The translations under genes were made by a program, and so were the position numbers. The notes under the pieces are model-generated. The model did not search any database. It was not told the origin of the DNA and saw nothing but the letters and a program-made list of their open reading frames with translations. Positions 1-13,410 of a stretch of 64,000 nt of DNA are shown piece after piece; the first letter of the stretch is position 1, and every line of letters begins with the position of its first letter. Source of the DNA: Phoronis australis. Its lineage: Eukaryota; Animalia; Phoronida. Where the stretch lies: positions 248,001-312,000 of the forward strand of contig NMRA01000484.1 of assembly GCA_002633005.1 (NCBI GenBank), in the 5' to 3' direction.

Positions 1-112
1 GTAGACAATCAACTTGGCCCAGAACAAGTGTCCATAACTGCCCAAGAGGACAGAAGCACTGTCAAGATGGCAGCACTGACCAGCTGCACTAACCTCAATA
101 TACGACAATAGT

Positions 113-204
113 CTGATATAACGTGCCCGTATTTTGAGAACCAGTTTGATGCCCACTATTCAGTGGAGAAAACTTGTTCTCAAAATTCAGGCACGTTATA
201 TCAG
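113..204. mobile_element. Small palindromic MITE-like element
   Basis: ctgatataacgtgcccgtattttgagaac...gttctcaaaattcaggcacgttatatcag: imperfect inverted repeats of ~30 bp around a short spacer. Confidence 0.6.
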
Positions 205-646
205 TTCATTACCAAATGTATGATACAGGTTCTAACTTTCTGTGACACAAGTGCAATACACTCATGTGGGGAGTAAACTTTCCTCTCGTCATTTTCGCCT
301 CCACACCACATGGAAGTTCAGTTGGCCAGTTGCCCTACAACCAGCCCTAAGTAACTGCCCATCTTTACATAGTTTATATCCAAGCACACATCCTCTCTCG
401 GGAAATGGCCCTGAACAGACGTCCCAACAGAGTTCTATTATTTCGGACAAAATATATTGCCAAAACTGGTAATTTTTCATTTATAGAAAACCTGGGCATG
501 GGTCAACGCTTCAAATTTCTGGATTAGTTGAGAGATCAAGCGCACCACATTAGTGTGTGCTGTCATATTTCAATTTTTTCAGAACCCGCATCTTTTAACG
601 ATGATTTTGTTTGCTATCTCAGTAAGTAAGGTGACCTATGATTGCT

Positions 647-703
647 ACTGAGCTGACCACTGAGCTGACCACTGAGCTGACCACTGAGCTGACCACTGAG
701 CTG
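647..703. repeat. 12-bp tandem repeat (actgagctgacc), ~4.7 copies
   Basis: Direct reading. Confidence 0.95.
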
Positions 704-3700
704 TTGTTTTAGTCACAAACCAAAGACTTGATCAGCTGTTGTACATACCCACGCCAACTAACGTCCCATGGATGTCACAAGCTATCGTTTAACTTGCGAG
801 ATCCATGCGACGGCGTAAGCGCGTCACATGGTTATCGCATATCGCTACCACTGTTTTCCTTTGTTGCGTCTTTGTTGGATATAACAATACAGGTCGCAAT
901 GATATTGTACCCTGGGCGCACATCAGCTGGTTACCGATCAATGCTTACCATTATCTTTATCATAAGAAAGAAACACAAAGTGAACAATGGATACGCCTAT
1001 CACCCATATCTATGCAACCAGCTTGTGACCTAGTTTCCTGTGTCAAAACCTGAATCTAATTCGTTGTATTTCTACACCAAGACAAAGCATGATGGGATTG
1101 CAATTGTAGAAAGTCAGTTGGCGTCGGTGAAGTTTTTTACGTGCCAAAGATGTGGGGTGCGCACCTAAAATCATTCATGACAGCACTTAGTTAATTTTTG
1201 TATTGGCAAAGTCATCGGCAGATGTAGCAGTTGCGGTGAAAATTTAGAAAAATTTTTCAAAATTCATTCAATTCCTACAAGTATCTCATTACAGTCATTC
1301 CCTCAATATGCAGTCTACGGTGTAGTATTCAAATTTCAGAAATTACAAATACTTGAAACTTCCAAGCTCAAAATAGCACCGCTGCCCTACGCTAAGTTCG
1401 CTGACCCTGGCATCGCTTGGCAAAAACTTTGACGTCGGTTTAGCACTTCTAGTGGAGACCTTATATTTATAGCACCACCATAGCGATAATTCTGACAAAA
1501 AATGTATTTTGGAACTCTTAAGGATAATAACTAAAACTGTAGATGCTTCAAAAGTAAATTCACCACTTGCAAATTCACCACTCATTTGGGGCCTCCTCAG
1601 CTCTGAAGCAAAAAGCAGGCCTGGACAGTATTCCTCAGAGGAGAATCATAAACTGTTGACAGACTGATTACAATTCCAAATGGTAACCTCATGCAGTAAA
1701 GTCCATCCAAGTGTTGAAGGTTGTTGCACACATCATGTAGAACATGCCAGCAGAGTTTTAAGTGCCTAGAGGTATTTGAAAAGCTTCTTCATATTAGAAC
1801 ACTAAGTAACTGAATAATAAAATGTAGCTTTGTCAAATTAAAATAAATTGTAAGAAAATTTGTGTGTCATTGGCATAGTTTGCTTTGCGGTCATCAGATA
1901 GTGAAATCCAAAGCATTTTTCATGCTTCCAACAATGTAAAGATTTCCGCAATTATTTTGGTTAAACTAGAAATGTAAATTAAAACATTTACTAATCATTC
2001 CAATTCGTCATAAGGCAAAATGCTGTTTCCTATCACACAAGTTACTGTTAAAACTCGCCAATTTCAGACAAAAATATTTTTTTGTTTTCAAAGGCTTTTA
2101 ACAAATTGATATGTATGCGTACAACTTCTCCCAATCGTTGTCTGATGGTAGTTGTGATATAGATCTTTTAAAACGCTATCGCACTTACTTGTTGTTACTT
2201 ATCTCATAAAAAATGAAAAACATGAAAACACTTATCGGCCACACTGCGTTCTAAATTGGCAAGATTTTACCATATGTCTTGGAAGCTTCAGTATAGACCA
2301 CATTCAATGCAAGATATTTAACCAATGTCAACAAGACAACACTCCCTTCCTATTCTATGGCAACATGTCTCACTTGTAATATACTATAAATAAAAAATGA
2401 ACACACCGCTACACAGATACACCATGGGGAGCCTCCCTTGAAATACTAGTCATGGGCAGGCAGAACTGAGCAGATCGGATTTCATGTTGAAGCAATGTTT
2501 CCAAGAATCTCCAGCTGTGCCCAAGACACTGATATTGGGTTTCCTCTGTCCTGTGGGGTCACCTATTATTCATAGAAAACAGTAGCAAAATATCGTAAAT
2601 GCCAACCAACTGGGAGAATCCATGTAGATTGGTCTAATCAAGTTTCCAACCAAAAAACAAATGTGCAGGTCTACTGCCTTCAGTTTGCAGCAAGTACAAA
2701 TACTAGGAATATCAATGTATCAATTAAAGAGTTTCCACCATGTATTTTCTTAGTTTTTGAGGTTTCAGTTAGAATACATGAAATGAAAACCATAAAATTT
2801 AACTCCATAAGCATGTTTTATGCCATATAATCGTTTTCCTAATTTTGAAGAAAAATTTCCAAGTTTCCCGCCAAATGATGTAATGGATAGAAGACGTTAC
2901 GTCACTTAACAATCAATTGCAATAGTGGAACACAGCAGGTCAGAAGACGAGGACGATTTTCAGCGAGAACTGGACAATTATTAAGCAGACAGGCCGGAGA
3001 GTAGATACGGGCATCACACTCAAATACTTGAAGAATCGGACAATGAATTCGATTTCCCACGTAGCGAACTTTTGTCAGCTTTGAGGCCGTATGAAATCGT
3101 CCAACTTGCACAAGAAATGCTGCTGACATATGAGACCCACAACCAACTGAACCAAGGGGTGGTCAGTATTCACAAAATAGACACTGAACAATCACTGACA
3201 AAGGCCACAGTAAACCCTGGTCACTCGTACTCACTACTGCCATGATGGAATGAGCACGGGCTAAATACAGTGCATAAGCCTACATGACATAGCACTCGAT
3301 CTGGGCCTGGCATCACTCGCCTTAGAATTGAAGTAGTTTGTTTGTTATTTATAAAATTTACAAATGCAGTTACAAGGCAGCGAATCCTTCATTGTAATGC
3401 CGCTTTTGTGTTTGGTGTGCCGCACGAAGTGTGGCTCCCGACTAGTATGTTCCACACTGATATTCTACACTCATGTGCAGTGCAAACCGATGCCATTTAT
3501 GTGTAACTTTCATGTATTTAGGAAATTTGAACACAGAGACATTCTCAGTCAAGTTGGTGTTACTGCAGCCTCTACTAATGCACCTTTTCATGCCTCCGCG
3601 GACTTTCCTCTCAACATCTCAATATCGCACTGGTAAAAACAACAACGTCCTAGAAAAATATTTGGTTTTAATTTTTGGCTCGTTTCTTAGCAACAGGTGT

Positions 3701-4142
3701 ATTAAAGGCTATTAAATCTCTTAAGATGTATAAATAAAATCCTTTTTGAGACACAGGGTCATGGTGGGAACTCTTTAAGTTAGAAAACTCAGATCAGATA
3801 ATTTTCAATGTAATCTCCCAATCTATGAAATAAGGCACACAACGCACATTTATTCTCCAGCTGAATTCATATAAATAACTAGGTTTTGAGCCTGTATTCA
3901 GCTCTGTGAGAACTCCAAACATTTTATCTCTCCCACCAGACTATGGAGGACCTCAGTGCTTGTACTTTGAGGGGGTCTCCATCCCGAAGCAGGCACAACG
4001 CCGACGAGATTGCCCATATTCTAAAAAACTGACACCAAACACAATGGTCTCAACAGGGTTATGGGGCGCATGCTTCCTTATATTTGATTTCCATTTTCTC
4101 TAACCGTATTTTTTATTTTCGCCCCTCTTTTATACCCCCCAC

Positions 4143-4309
4143 AGATGACACCGTGCGCTTCTTTGTCAATTTTCTCGGGATCTCGAGATCCCGTCTTATA
4201 CATTGAGAGTCCGATTTATTTATCGAGATCCCGAAATAATTAAGTCGGGATCTCGAGATCCTGAGATAATTAAAAAAGAAACGTGCAATGTCATCTTTGG
4301 GCCACCGTA
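4143..4309. mobile_element. Foldback MITE remnant with internal gatctcgagatc palindromes
   Basis: agatgacaccgtgcgcttcttt...aaagaaacgtgcaatgtcatct inverted arms; right end ggccaccgta resembles a Tc1/mariner-type MITE terminus; the matching left terminus is missing. Confidence 0.55.
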
Positions 4310-4929
4310 CTTTTATCCCATCAAATTATCATGGCCTTGGTACGCACTTGGCTGAAGAGTTGTATACCGACTCCAAAGCTAGTGATTTTATGATTTATAT
4401 TGCACGGAGAATAACAATTCATTTTATTTTTATGTTACTTCTCCAATCTCTACTGATTATATTTGAAAGCCAAAACTTAAACCTGAATTCCTGTCAAAAC
4501 AAACCTAAAACCGCTGAGCAATTTTATATAGCTACGGATACAAGGAATCTTCAGTACTGGTCTGCACTGGGCAGCCAGGACGCTTAATCTGGGGAACTCA
4601 AAAATCATAGTGTGAACAAAACCAAGCACTGGCGCCAAAAACGAGTAGTTAACAGGCTCGGTAACATCTAGAACGGGAGTGATAGTGCACAGTAGTTCAG
4701 TAGTGTCTTCCAAAAACCCGCTATGAGGTGGTAGTGCTGATGCCATAACATCATTGCTAATATCTATTGGTCTATTTACATCAACCTCTGCACTGTTCAA
4801 ATTGGAAGAGGTTATCGTTATCGGTGGGTCATTTCTCCGTAATAGTTCAGTAGCATGACCCAGCTTTTTCAGCAGAGCTGTCCACTTCTGAAGAGCTAAA
4901 ATTCTGATTTGATGGGTGTTAACATTTAG

Positions 4930-6557
4930 ACAAGAGCAACACAGAGCGTTGAAATTCGCTCACAAAGGCATCGCAAACGGTGTGCTTCTAGGGGTATTTA
5001 TTTGTATCACATAAATTGCTACTAGATGGCGTAAAATATGTCAAATCCATCCAAAAACGGGAACTTGTCATCACTTCTTTAATAGAAAGCTATTTATCAC
5101 ATATCATAGAAATCCATCAAGGAATTTTAAAGAAACAGAGGAAACAGAAAAAACGAAAGTGCAACTAGGAGGCTACGGTTGCAAAACAAACATAACTGCC
5201 ACTAGGACATACCACAGTAGTTGAAGTCGTCCGAAAATCATCGTCAACTGTCCTCTTCACACTAAGAACATACATGTCAGTTCTCACAATCATACTTAGA
5301 GTAATTTGGTTGATAGAAGGGCAGACGCAAAAAAAACAGACTACAAAACAGTAAAAATGGCACTAGATGGCACGAACAGGAACACGTCATTGTTTCAATA
5401 GAAAGTTATTTAAATATTTCATAAAAATCCGAAGCTTTAATTAAAGAAAAATGAGGAACACGGAAAACATTAAATTGCCACAAGGGGGCACAGCGTTTGT
5501 TGTATTTTCTGAAAGTCGTCACCGTCCGTAGTCAACTTCATATAAATACACTTGCTAAATTTAATAAAGATCCTGCAGAGAGTTTGGAAGATACAGCCTT
5601 GGGCATAAATAAACCAAAACTGCCACTAGGAAGTGCAACAGTATCTGAAGTCGTCAGAAAATCGACAGCCGTCCTCTTCACAGTAGAAACATACCTGCCA
5701 ATTTCCACAATCATACTTAGAATGGTTTGGTTGACAGAGAGGCCGACGCCAAAAAACAGACTTGAAAACAATAGAAATGGCCACTAGGTGGTGCAAAATA
5801 CCTTGCATCAATCTGAAAACAAATGGATAGCATCACCTCACTAATAGATGCCTATCTGCCAATTTTATGGAAATCCATTGAGGACCTTTGGAGATACAGG
5901 GGTAAACCTAGAAAACTAAAATTGCCACTAGGGGGCACACTGGTAGTCCTATCTGTCGGAAAATCGCTGCTGTTCGTTGTCAAGTTCATATAAATACATG
6001 TGTTAAATTTAATAAAGATCCTGTAGAACGTTTAGGAGATACAGCCACAGGCGCAAAAACAAACAAAACTGCCACTAGGAGGCGCCACAGTATTCAAATA
6101 AGTCAGAAAATCATCGTTAGCTGTATTCTTCAAAGTAAGAACATATATGCCAATTTTCGAAATCATCCTTAGAGTGATTTGGTTGACAGAGGGGCGGACG
6201 CCAAAAAAACAGACTAAAAAACAGTAAAAATGGCCACAAACCTCAAATCCATCCGAAAATGGAAGGATAGTGCCATCTCACTAACAGATACCTCACTGCC
6301 ATATTTTATGAAAATCCTTTGGGGACATCCGAGGCTACAGAGGTAAGTGTAAAAAAACAAAATTGCCATTAGGGGACACACCTGTAGTCGGATAGGTCCG
6401 ATAATCGTCGTCATCCGTCGTCAGCTACATAGGAACACACCTGCCAAATCTCATCAAAATCCTGTGAAGGATGTACGAGATACAGCTGCAGACCCGGATG
6501 CCCAGACAGAGATAATGGCAATATGCACACACATATAAATATGTGGGCGCATAAAAA
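4930..6557. mobile_element. Helentron-associated non-autonomous element (HINE/DINE-1/pearl-like), copy 1
   Basis: Starts acaagagcaac...; internal ~150-bp tandem subunits organised as a ~450-bp trimer; ends with hairpin atgcacacacatat-aa-atatgtgggcgcat then aaaaa; colinear with 11941-14105. Confidence 0.8.
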
Positions 6558-6811
6558 CGAGGCAATTTTAAGGAACAATTAGTAATAAAAATTTGGAAAT
6601 TTCAGGGGGACGGTAATCTGAGCATCTACCTGAATGAGCATGGTACTCATACAAGCTGTCAAATGAGTTGTGGATGTTGTTGTATGTGATCACAGATGTC
6701 ACATGTGCCACAGATATAATCCAGTTCTGACTTCCTGAACAGTTTCCACAGGATACAAACAAAGGAAAGTTGAGGTGACTAAAATACTCAACAACGACAG
6801 GCAGTGTGCAG

Positions 6812-7271
6812 CCCAGGGAGGATACTCAACTATACTTCTGAGGGGGTAAGCTGGAAAATTAGGAAACTCACCCATTTAGAGAGTAGACTGGAGAAAAGGG
6901 GTCCCTGTGCAATGTATCCATGATAAAGTCACCCTTTCATAGGATTTTATTCCAGAAACAACACCCTTTTGAAGGAATTAAACCTAACCCTGGGACTGAA
7001 TTTTAACCCATTACACCAGAAACATTTCAAGAACACAGCCACACAGTCAAAAACAGACAATAATATTTAGACAATATTGAACACCCGTCTTTATTTTCTA
7101 TTGTTGGAAACGTGAAAAAATTGGAAAAAAATCAAACTCCCAAAGTGAACCGTTTTGTAGAGAATTTGTCAGAAAGACATGCTTTCGTAGGGGAACTGGA
7201 CAAAAAGTCAGCCTTCTGAGAGCCACATCCTATATATCTCTTCTATGGTANCCCCCCCCCCCCCCCCGAGG
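6812..7271. mobile_element. Probable MITE with G-rich/C-rich termini
   Basis: Starts cccagggaggatactc, ends ggta-n-(c)n-gagg; a similar start occurs at 58199. Confidence 0.35.
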
Positions 7272-7699
7272 TGAGAAGTAGCTTAAGAACGGCACATTTT
7301 ATTTCAAACCAAAAAAGCAGATAATATGCAATGTTCAACATACAGGTTTTAATACAAACACTGTAAAAGGTTTCAGACCCCAACATAAGACCCCTCCCAC
7401 ATGTCATGACTGAGCGTTGCATTTGTACACAGAACCCAGGTTAAGTAGTAACGCCACATAGGTACACAGAACACATTCTAAGCGATAATTGCTACAACAC
7501 GTTGAAGTGAGGGCTGTCATTACCCCCAAATATTAAATTTCTCAATCAAAACCATGTAGCTAATTTTGTTGGAAATGCATAACTTCTTCAATATTTTAAC
7601 ACCCGATGTCCGTTCTTAGTATCCAAGGGATAATAACGTACTAGATAAAGTACTTGCCCAGCTTTAGCCAGCTAAAGAGAGTAGAATGTAGTTTTACTC

Positions 7700-8300
7700 A
7701 CAACCCCTCAAAAATCTACCTATAATACAACTTACATCAAGCAAGGGTACAACACCTTCAAACACCCTGTATTCCCACACCATCAGCAATATCAATCCTC
7801 AATATACAAAACATAGATAGTACCCCTTCCACTGACTTTCGTTTTAATACCATCAATTACAACTGAAAGGTGCCTTCATAAACAGTTACCCAAAGACAGG
7901 TCTACGCTCAGTAAACAGGATACAACTTCATACACCCTGTATTCCCACACAAAGATCAATATCCATTATCAAGTTTCAAAACACAGTTTCCCCTTCTATT
8001 CTTTCTGAGTGTTGTACCCTTCAATCTTACTTAACCTCAGTGTCCCTTCCAAATGGTAACCCAAGGATATTCTTTACATCCAACAAACTAGTAATACCTC
8101 CACACACCCTGTATTACCACACAAAATGAACTACACCAGCCCTCAAAGTACATAACATTCTGAGCCATTCTTCCCTCCTTCAACATTGCACTCCTCTACT
8201 TTATCACAATAACCTTCCTCTAAAGTTACCCCCAGGGCACTGGACATTCATACACCCTGTATTACCACACAATGAGCTATTCTCATCTTCAGATTACAAC
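7700..8300. repeat. Diverged ~150-170-bp tandem repeat, about 4 units
   Basis: Core acaccctgtatt(c/a)ccacac at ~7762, 7932, 8104 and 8252. Confidence 0.75.
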
Positions 8301-11300
8301 ACAGTTCCTGCCCCATTCTATCTCATACTCACAACACACAATACTAGTGAAATCCAAGATCCAGTCTGGAGTATCAAATTGTAGGAAGTCTGCTGCAGCA
8401 TTGAACCAGGTTAGAAGCAATATGATCCCACCACACTAACACCTTGGACTGTAGCTATCTAGGTCAAAGCAGTCAATGACGCTGGTAGACTGTTTGTGTG
8501 TGGCTGGTGTGCCCATCTCTAACACCAGATACATATGGTTTCAATAATAAACCTGGTGTTGCCTGTTGGAACCCGCCATTTCATTTTCATAACTCACTGA
8601 GGCTAGAGGTCATTAAAGGGTCAACACACACAAAATCACTGCCTGTAGTATCCCCTGCAGCAATGAAGGGTAATTACTTGTTTCGATTTTGAAAACTTAG
8701 GATGAGTAACCCATTCCAAAAGCAATTTTCATTATCAGGTCATCATTCTCAGTGGAGGTAAAAACTTGGACAGCAGAACCCACTACCAGCGACATCCCAA
8801 ACAGAAATGTTGACTTTTCCAACATGCAAATTTTAAAGTTTGAACTGTAATCAAGGAAAAACAAAAATTGATGAACCTTATTACTGTGGGGCAATAAATG
8901 ACATCATGAAATAATACGTAACATTATTTCACAATAAAACTCTTAAGTTGTAATATGACTGGGACATCACATGCAATAGAAGTGTTGATTATTTTGATTT
9001 ATTTTGCGATCCTTAAAAGGCATTTCTTATGAGGGGTGGCAACTGGTCAGGGGGGATGGAATTGGTGTCGACTGGAGAGGGTAATTTTCCCTTTACCAAA
9101 AAATTGCACAGACACCTTTCTCCTCAGGTTGGCGATGGCACTGGCCATCACGATCTGCCCGCAGAATGTTTAATTGCCCACAAGAAATACCATAGAAAAA
9201 GACAGTCCTCATCTCAACAAGGCTGGACTCCCGTTTCACATGCTCAACAACGGCTCTGCCCCGAGAACCTCTTTTCTGTTCAACTGTCATTTTCACAAGG
9301 GTTTGTCCTTAAATAGTTTGTGGTTGCCTCCTTGCCACATCCTAGGTCTGTTATTAGTGTCAGAATTTGTTTTAAGACATATTCATCTTCCAGCATGTCC
9401 ATCTACAATGCGCCACCTCTCCTCTTATATGGAGGATGTTTTATGTTTTACAATCAGGAACAAAAAGTAACAGGCGATACCTCTAAAAATATTTGCCATT
9501 ACCTTTATATTTTGTGGTCCTTAAAATTACTTTTTGTACATAAGTTATCCATTTTAGGTTGACAAATAATGCTTCATTTGTATGATGGCACACAGGTTGG
9601 ACAAAAAGATTAATTTCTAGCCCATGGCCAGTGTTTCTTGGACTTTCAGTCATGGTGTAAAATGCAGCAGGGCTGGCTAGTAGCCAACTCAGCCACTAGC
9701 TATCAAATCTTAGAAGCTCAGGCTAAAAATTGGGGGCCTGGATTATTTAAGGATATTTGCAACCATCACATGAACAAGCAATATAATGAACAGCTGGAGT
9801 CGTACCTTCAATCTACCTTGACACACGGACGTAATTAAAATCATGTTGTTTCCAATAAACATAAAGAAATGGGTGTTTGTAAAAGGAAAATGTACAACTT
9901 ACGGTAGTATTACGTTCTCGAGAACCATGCAGTGAGCGGAGCCATCCTTTCAAAAAATTTCATTTTTGTGCAGAATTCAAACAAAAATCATTGAATTCAT
10001 GAAGTACTAATCTGGTCTTGCCAATAATGCAAAACTCTTCCTTTTCAAAAATGGCAGTTCCGTAGTACAAAATACATAACTTTGGCTTCAATCACGATCT
10101 GCTGTCGCAATCAGTCGTCAACAGACATTCATCCTTTCAAGCAAAAATTTCATTTCCTGTAGAATTCTAATGAAAACAAATGAAGTGTTCAGAGTTGCGC
10201 TTAATCTTGACAAAAACGTTAAAATAATCGTTATTTCCAAACAATGGAAGCAGCACATCACTAAATGGAAATGCCAATCTTGCTGTGGCTACTAAAATGA
10301 AATGTAGGACTACGCCTGTCACCATCCCAATTTTATTGAAAATAAACAAAAAAATAAAATACGGTCTGCTCTCTCGAATGATACCAAAATCACGATCTGC
10401 ATATCATCTAATACGCAAAAACATTGCTCAGAAAATGTCAACGTAGATTTAATGTTGACCCCATATCGATGAACTTATGTAATTGCAATTTCACCAGATC
10501 CTTATTACACCTAACACTGTGACTGTCTGTGCTGTCTGATATTGTTTACTGTTATGATGTGCCATGCAGTTGTTTTTACTGGAAAATTGGAGCATTTTAT
10601 GCCGTATTCGGAAAACCGACGACCTGTTCACTGTCCAGGAGTTTGAAACAATTGAGCACGCTTGTTTTGTTCCTAATGCTCGTGATACATGCATTCTGGG
10701 GGTTTGGAATATTCACTCACCAGATGTCACCATTAGTTTGGGAAAGGCCTCAGAGTGAAGGCCAAAAAATGTCAACTAGGTAAGTAAATCATTGACTGTT
10801 TACTAAGAACTGTATTCCAATAATGCAATGGTTATATCGTTTATATTTTTTACAATGAGAAAAGTGGTATTGCACCGATCTACATATGCCAAGTGAGGAT
10901 AAAATAGGTCATTTGAACAGCATCATGTTATACCGTCATACCTATCGGTATCTTTGGAACAGAGTAAACATGCGTTCTTAAAACTTAGTCGAACGGCGAA
11001 TTCTATCAAAACATTAACTTCTTGTAGCACAAAGTCCGTGGCTGGCTGGTCTTGGTACAAGCGTCATTTCCAACGTCACTGCACAGAACACGGACCAAGT
11101 CGTTATTTGGGATGCCATGTCAACGGTTCGGGCATTGCATGTCAAATACAACTCAAAATTCACAAGTTTAATTTCCACCTTTGAAACCATGTCATTGCAG
11201 TTTTGAAAAGAAAACATTTCAAAACAAAATTTCAAATGACTGTTCAGAAACATGCTTTTAAAAAAGTGCCTTCCAATGAACAAAAAACATTTTTTAATTA

Positions 11301-12883
11301 ATGGGTCTCAAGTTGTTCCTTAATAAAATTGAAGATGATTTCGTGGCTTCAAAAAATTTGACTTCATTATTCTTCTGACCAAGCAAGTAAAGTTTTATGT
11401 CATCGTAACCATAAATTTTTAGTATGATCTGAAGAAATAACGAACAGTCAGTTTCAGATCTTCCCAAACACAGAGAACCCTTCCAAACTAAGTACCGATA
11501 AGATCAATTTCATAAAAGGAAGTGGACCAAAACCTTTGAGAGAAAGCACGGGTTTAATGTTGCTTTTATGTCCAGGTATATGATATTAAGACCATAGTAG
11601 TCTTTCTGTTGGCACAGGCCCGTATGGTAGATGTCGCCCGTAAGGCACTGTGACAGGCCTTCATCTAGAGAGCATTCAGAGCATCCAAATAGGACAACCT
11701 GACCCAAATTTAGACATCCTGACTAGGAAGCTCTGTTAAGCACTTGGGTGCACTGTTCCAACATTTGGACATTGAGTGAAATAAGCATGTAACCACTGAT
11801 GTCTTTAATAGCAGCTCTGTGAGCCATTGGTCCGTCCTGAATAAAAAGTTGATATGTCAGAAGATACAACAAACTATACTACAGCCCTATGTCTCCATAG
11901 TAAAACACCACACTTCATCAGCAATTTGACTCGGTTTCATAAACTAGAGCAACGCGGAGCGTTGAAATGCGCCCACGAATGCATTGCAAATGGTGTGATT
12001 TTAGGGTTATTTATTTGTATCATAAAAACGGCCACTAGATGGCGCAAAAACATACAATCCATCCAAAAACAAGAACATGGGGAAACAAAGGAAAACAGAA
12101 TAAAATGAAATTGCCACTAGTGGGCACAGTGTCCGTTGGATCCACCTGAAAGTCATCGTCGTCTGTTGTTATCTTCATATATATATACACTTACTAAATT
12201 TAGTATACATAAGATACAACTATGGGAGCAAAACAAAACTACCACTAGGAGGCACCACAACAGTCAGTCCACCATCATCAAAGGTTCTTCACACTGAGAA
12301 CATTTATGCCAATTTTCAAATGATTTGGTTGATACAGGGGTGGACGCCAAAAACAAGATTTGAAAACAGCAAAAATGGCCACTAGGTGGTGAAAACTACC
12401 TCGATTCCATCCAAAAACAGAAAGATAGCGTCATCACACCAACAGATAACTACATTTAAAATTTTATGAAAATCTGTTACGTACCTTTGAAGATACAGAG
12501 TTAAACGTAAAAATCTAAAATTGCCACTACGGGGTACAGCAGTAGTCAGATCTGTCCGAAAGTCGTCGTCATCCATATAATTTTGCTAAATTAAGTAAAC
12601 ATCCTGCTACAGTTTAGGAGATACAGCCATAGACGCAAAAAAAACTGCCATTAGGATGCACCACAGTAGTCAAAATTGTCAGAAAATTATCGTCAATTGT
12701 CTTCTTTATAGTAAGCATATATATGCCAATTATCACAATCATCCTTTGAGCGGTTTGGTTGATAGAGGGGTGGACGCAAAAAACTCTCGAAAACAGTAAA
12801 AATGGCCACTAGGTGGCGCAACCTACGATGAATCCATCCGAAAACAGGAGGATAGCGTCATCTCACTAATAGGTGCCTACATT

Positions 12884-13099
12884 TATCTAAACATCATTCA
12901 ACAAAGAATGGACTCACCGGAGACAGCCCAAGAGTTGTTATCTCTGCGGCGAAAGATGTTAAAGTTGAGTCCCGATGAGTTGCCAGCAGTCACTGGTACG
13001 GTGCGCGGCTTTAGACGCTCTGCGGCTGGGTTAAAGATCTTTTATAGGCCTAACTATCCCCAATTCCCGTACCAGTATGAATTTCAAAAAATAACTTGA
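12884..13099 (+). pseudogene. 5'-truncated ORF of unknown product inside the captured insert
   Basis: Open from the insert edge (YLNIIQQRMDSPETAQ...FQKIT*); convergent with the USP fragment. Confidence 0.4.
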
Positions 13100-13177
13100 C
13101 TTGGCTGCGTCAGATGTGATATGCGACGTTGATGTTGAAATTGCGCCATATTTTTTATGTTGATTTCCTTTATTGGT

Positions 13178-13410
13178 TTATAATTCATATATTGCAATGT
13201 AGGCATCCTGGGGAGGCTTGGATGTACTTGTGACTGTAGAGTCGTCAAAATTTATCCATTCCCATGCTGACGATTTAACACAGCATGTATAATGACCACC
13301 CGTCGTCTTTCTTCCATGGTGTTCAATGACTGCTTTTATTTTGTAGCCGGAGAGGTCATACGAGGAAATCTTTGTGTTGATTTTTTCACCATTAGTCGCG
13401 GTACGTAAGA
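13178..13410 (-). pseudogene. C-terminal fragment of a ubiquitin-specific protease (peptidase C19/USP His box)
   Basis: YKIKAVIEHHGRKTTGGHYTCCVK..W..FDDSTV...AYIAIY matches the USP pattern YxLxAVIxHxG..GHY...W..FDDxxV..AY; AATAAA 3 nt after the stop. Confidence 0.85.

Noticed and set aside
11510-11707. Cys-containing ORF as a coding exon
   Set aside because: No recognisable homology and no convincing donor or partner exons
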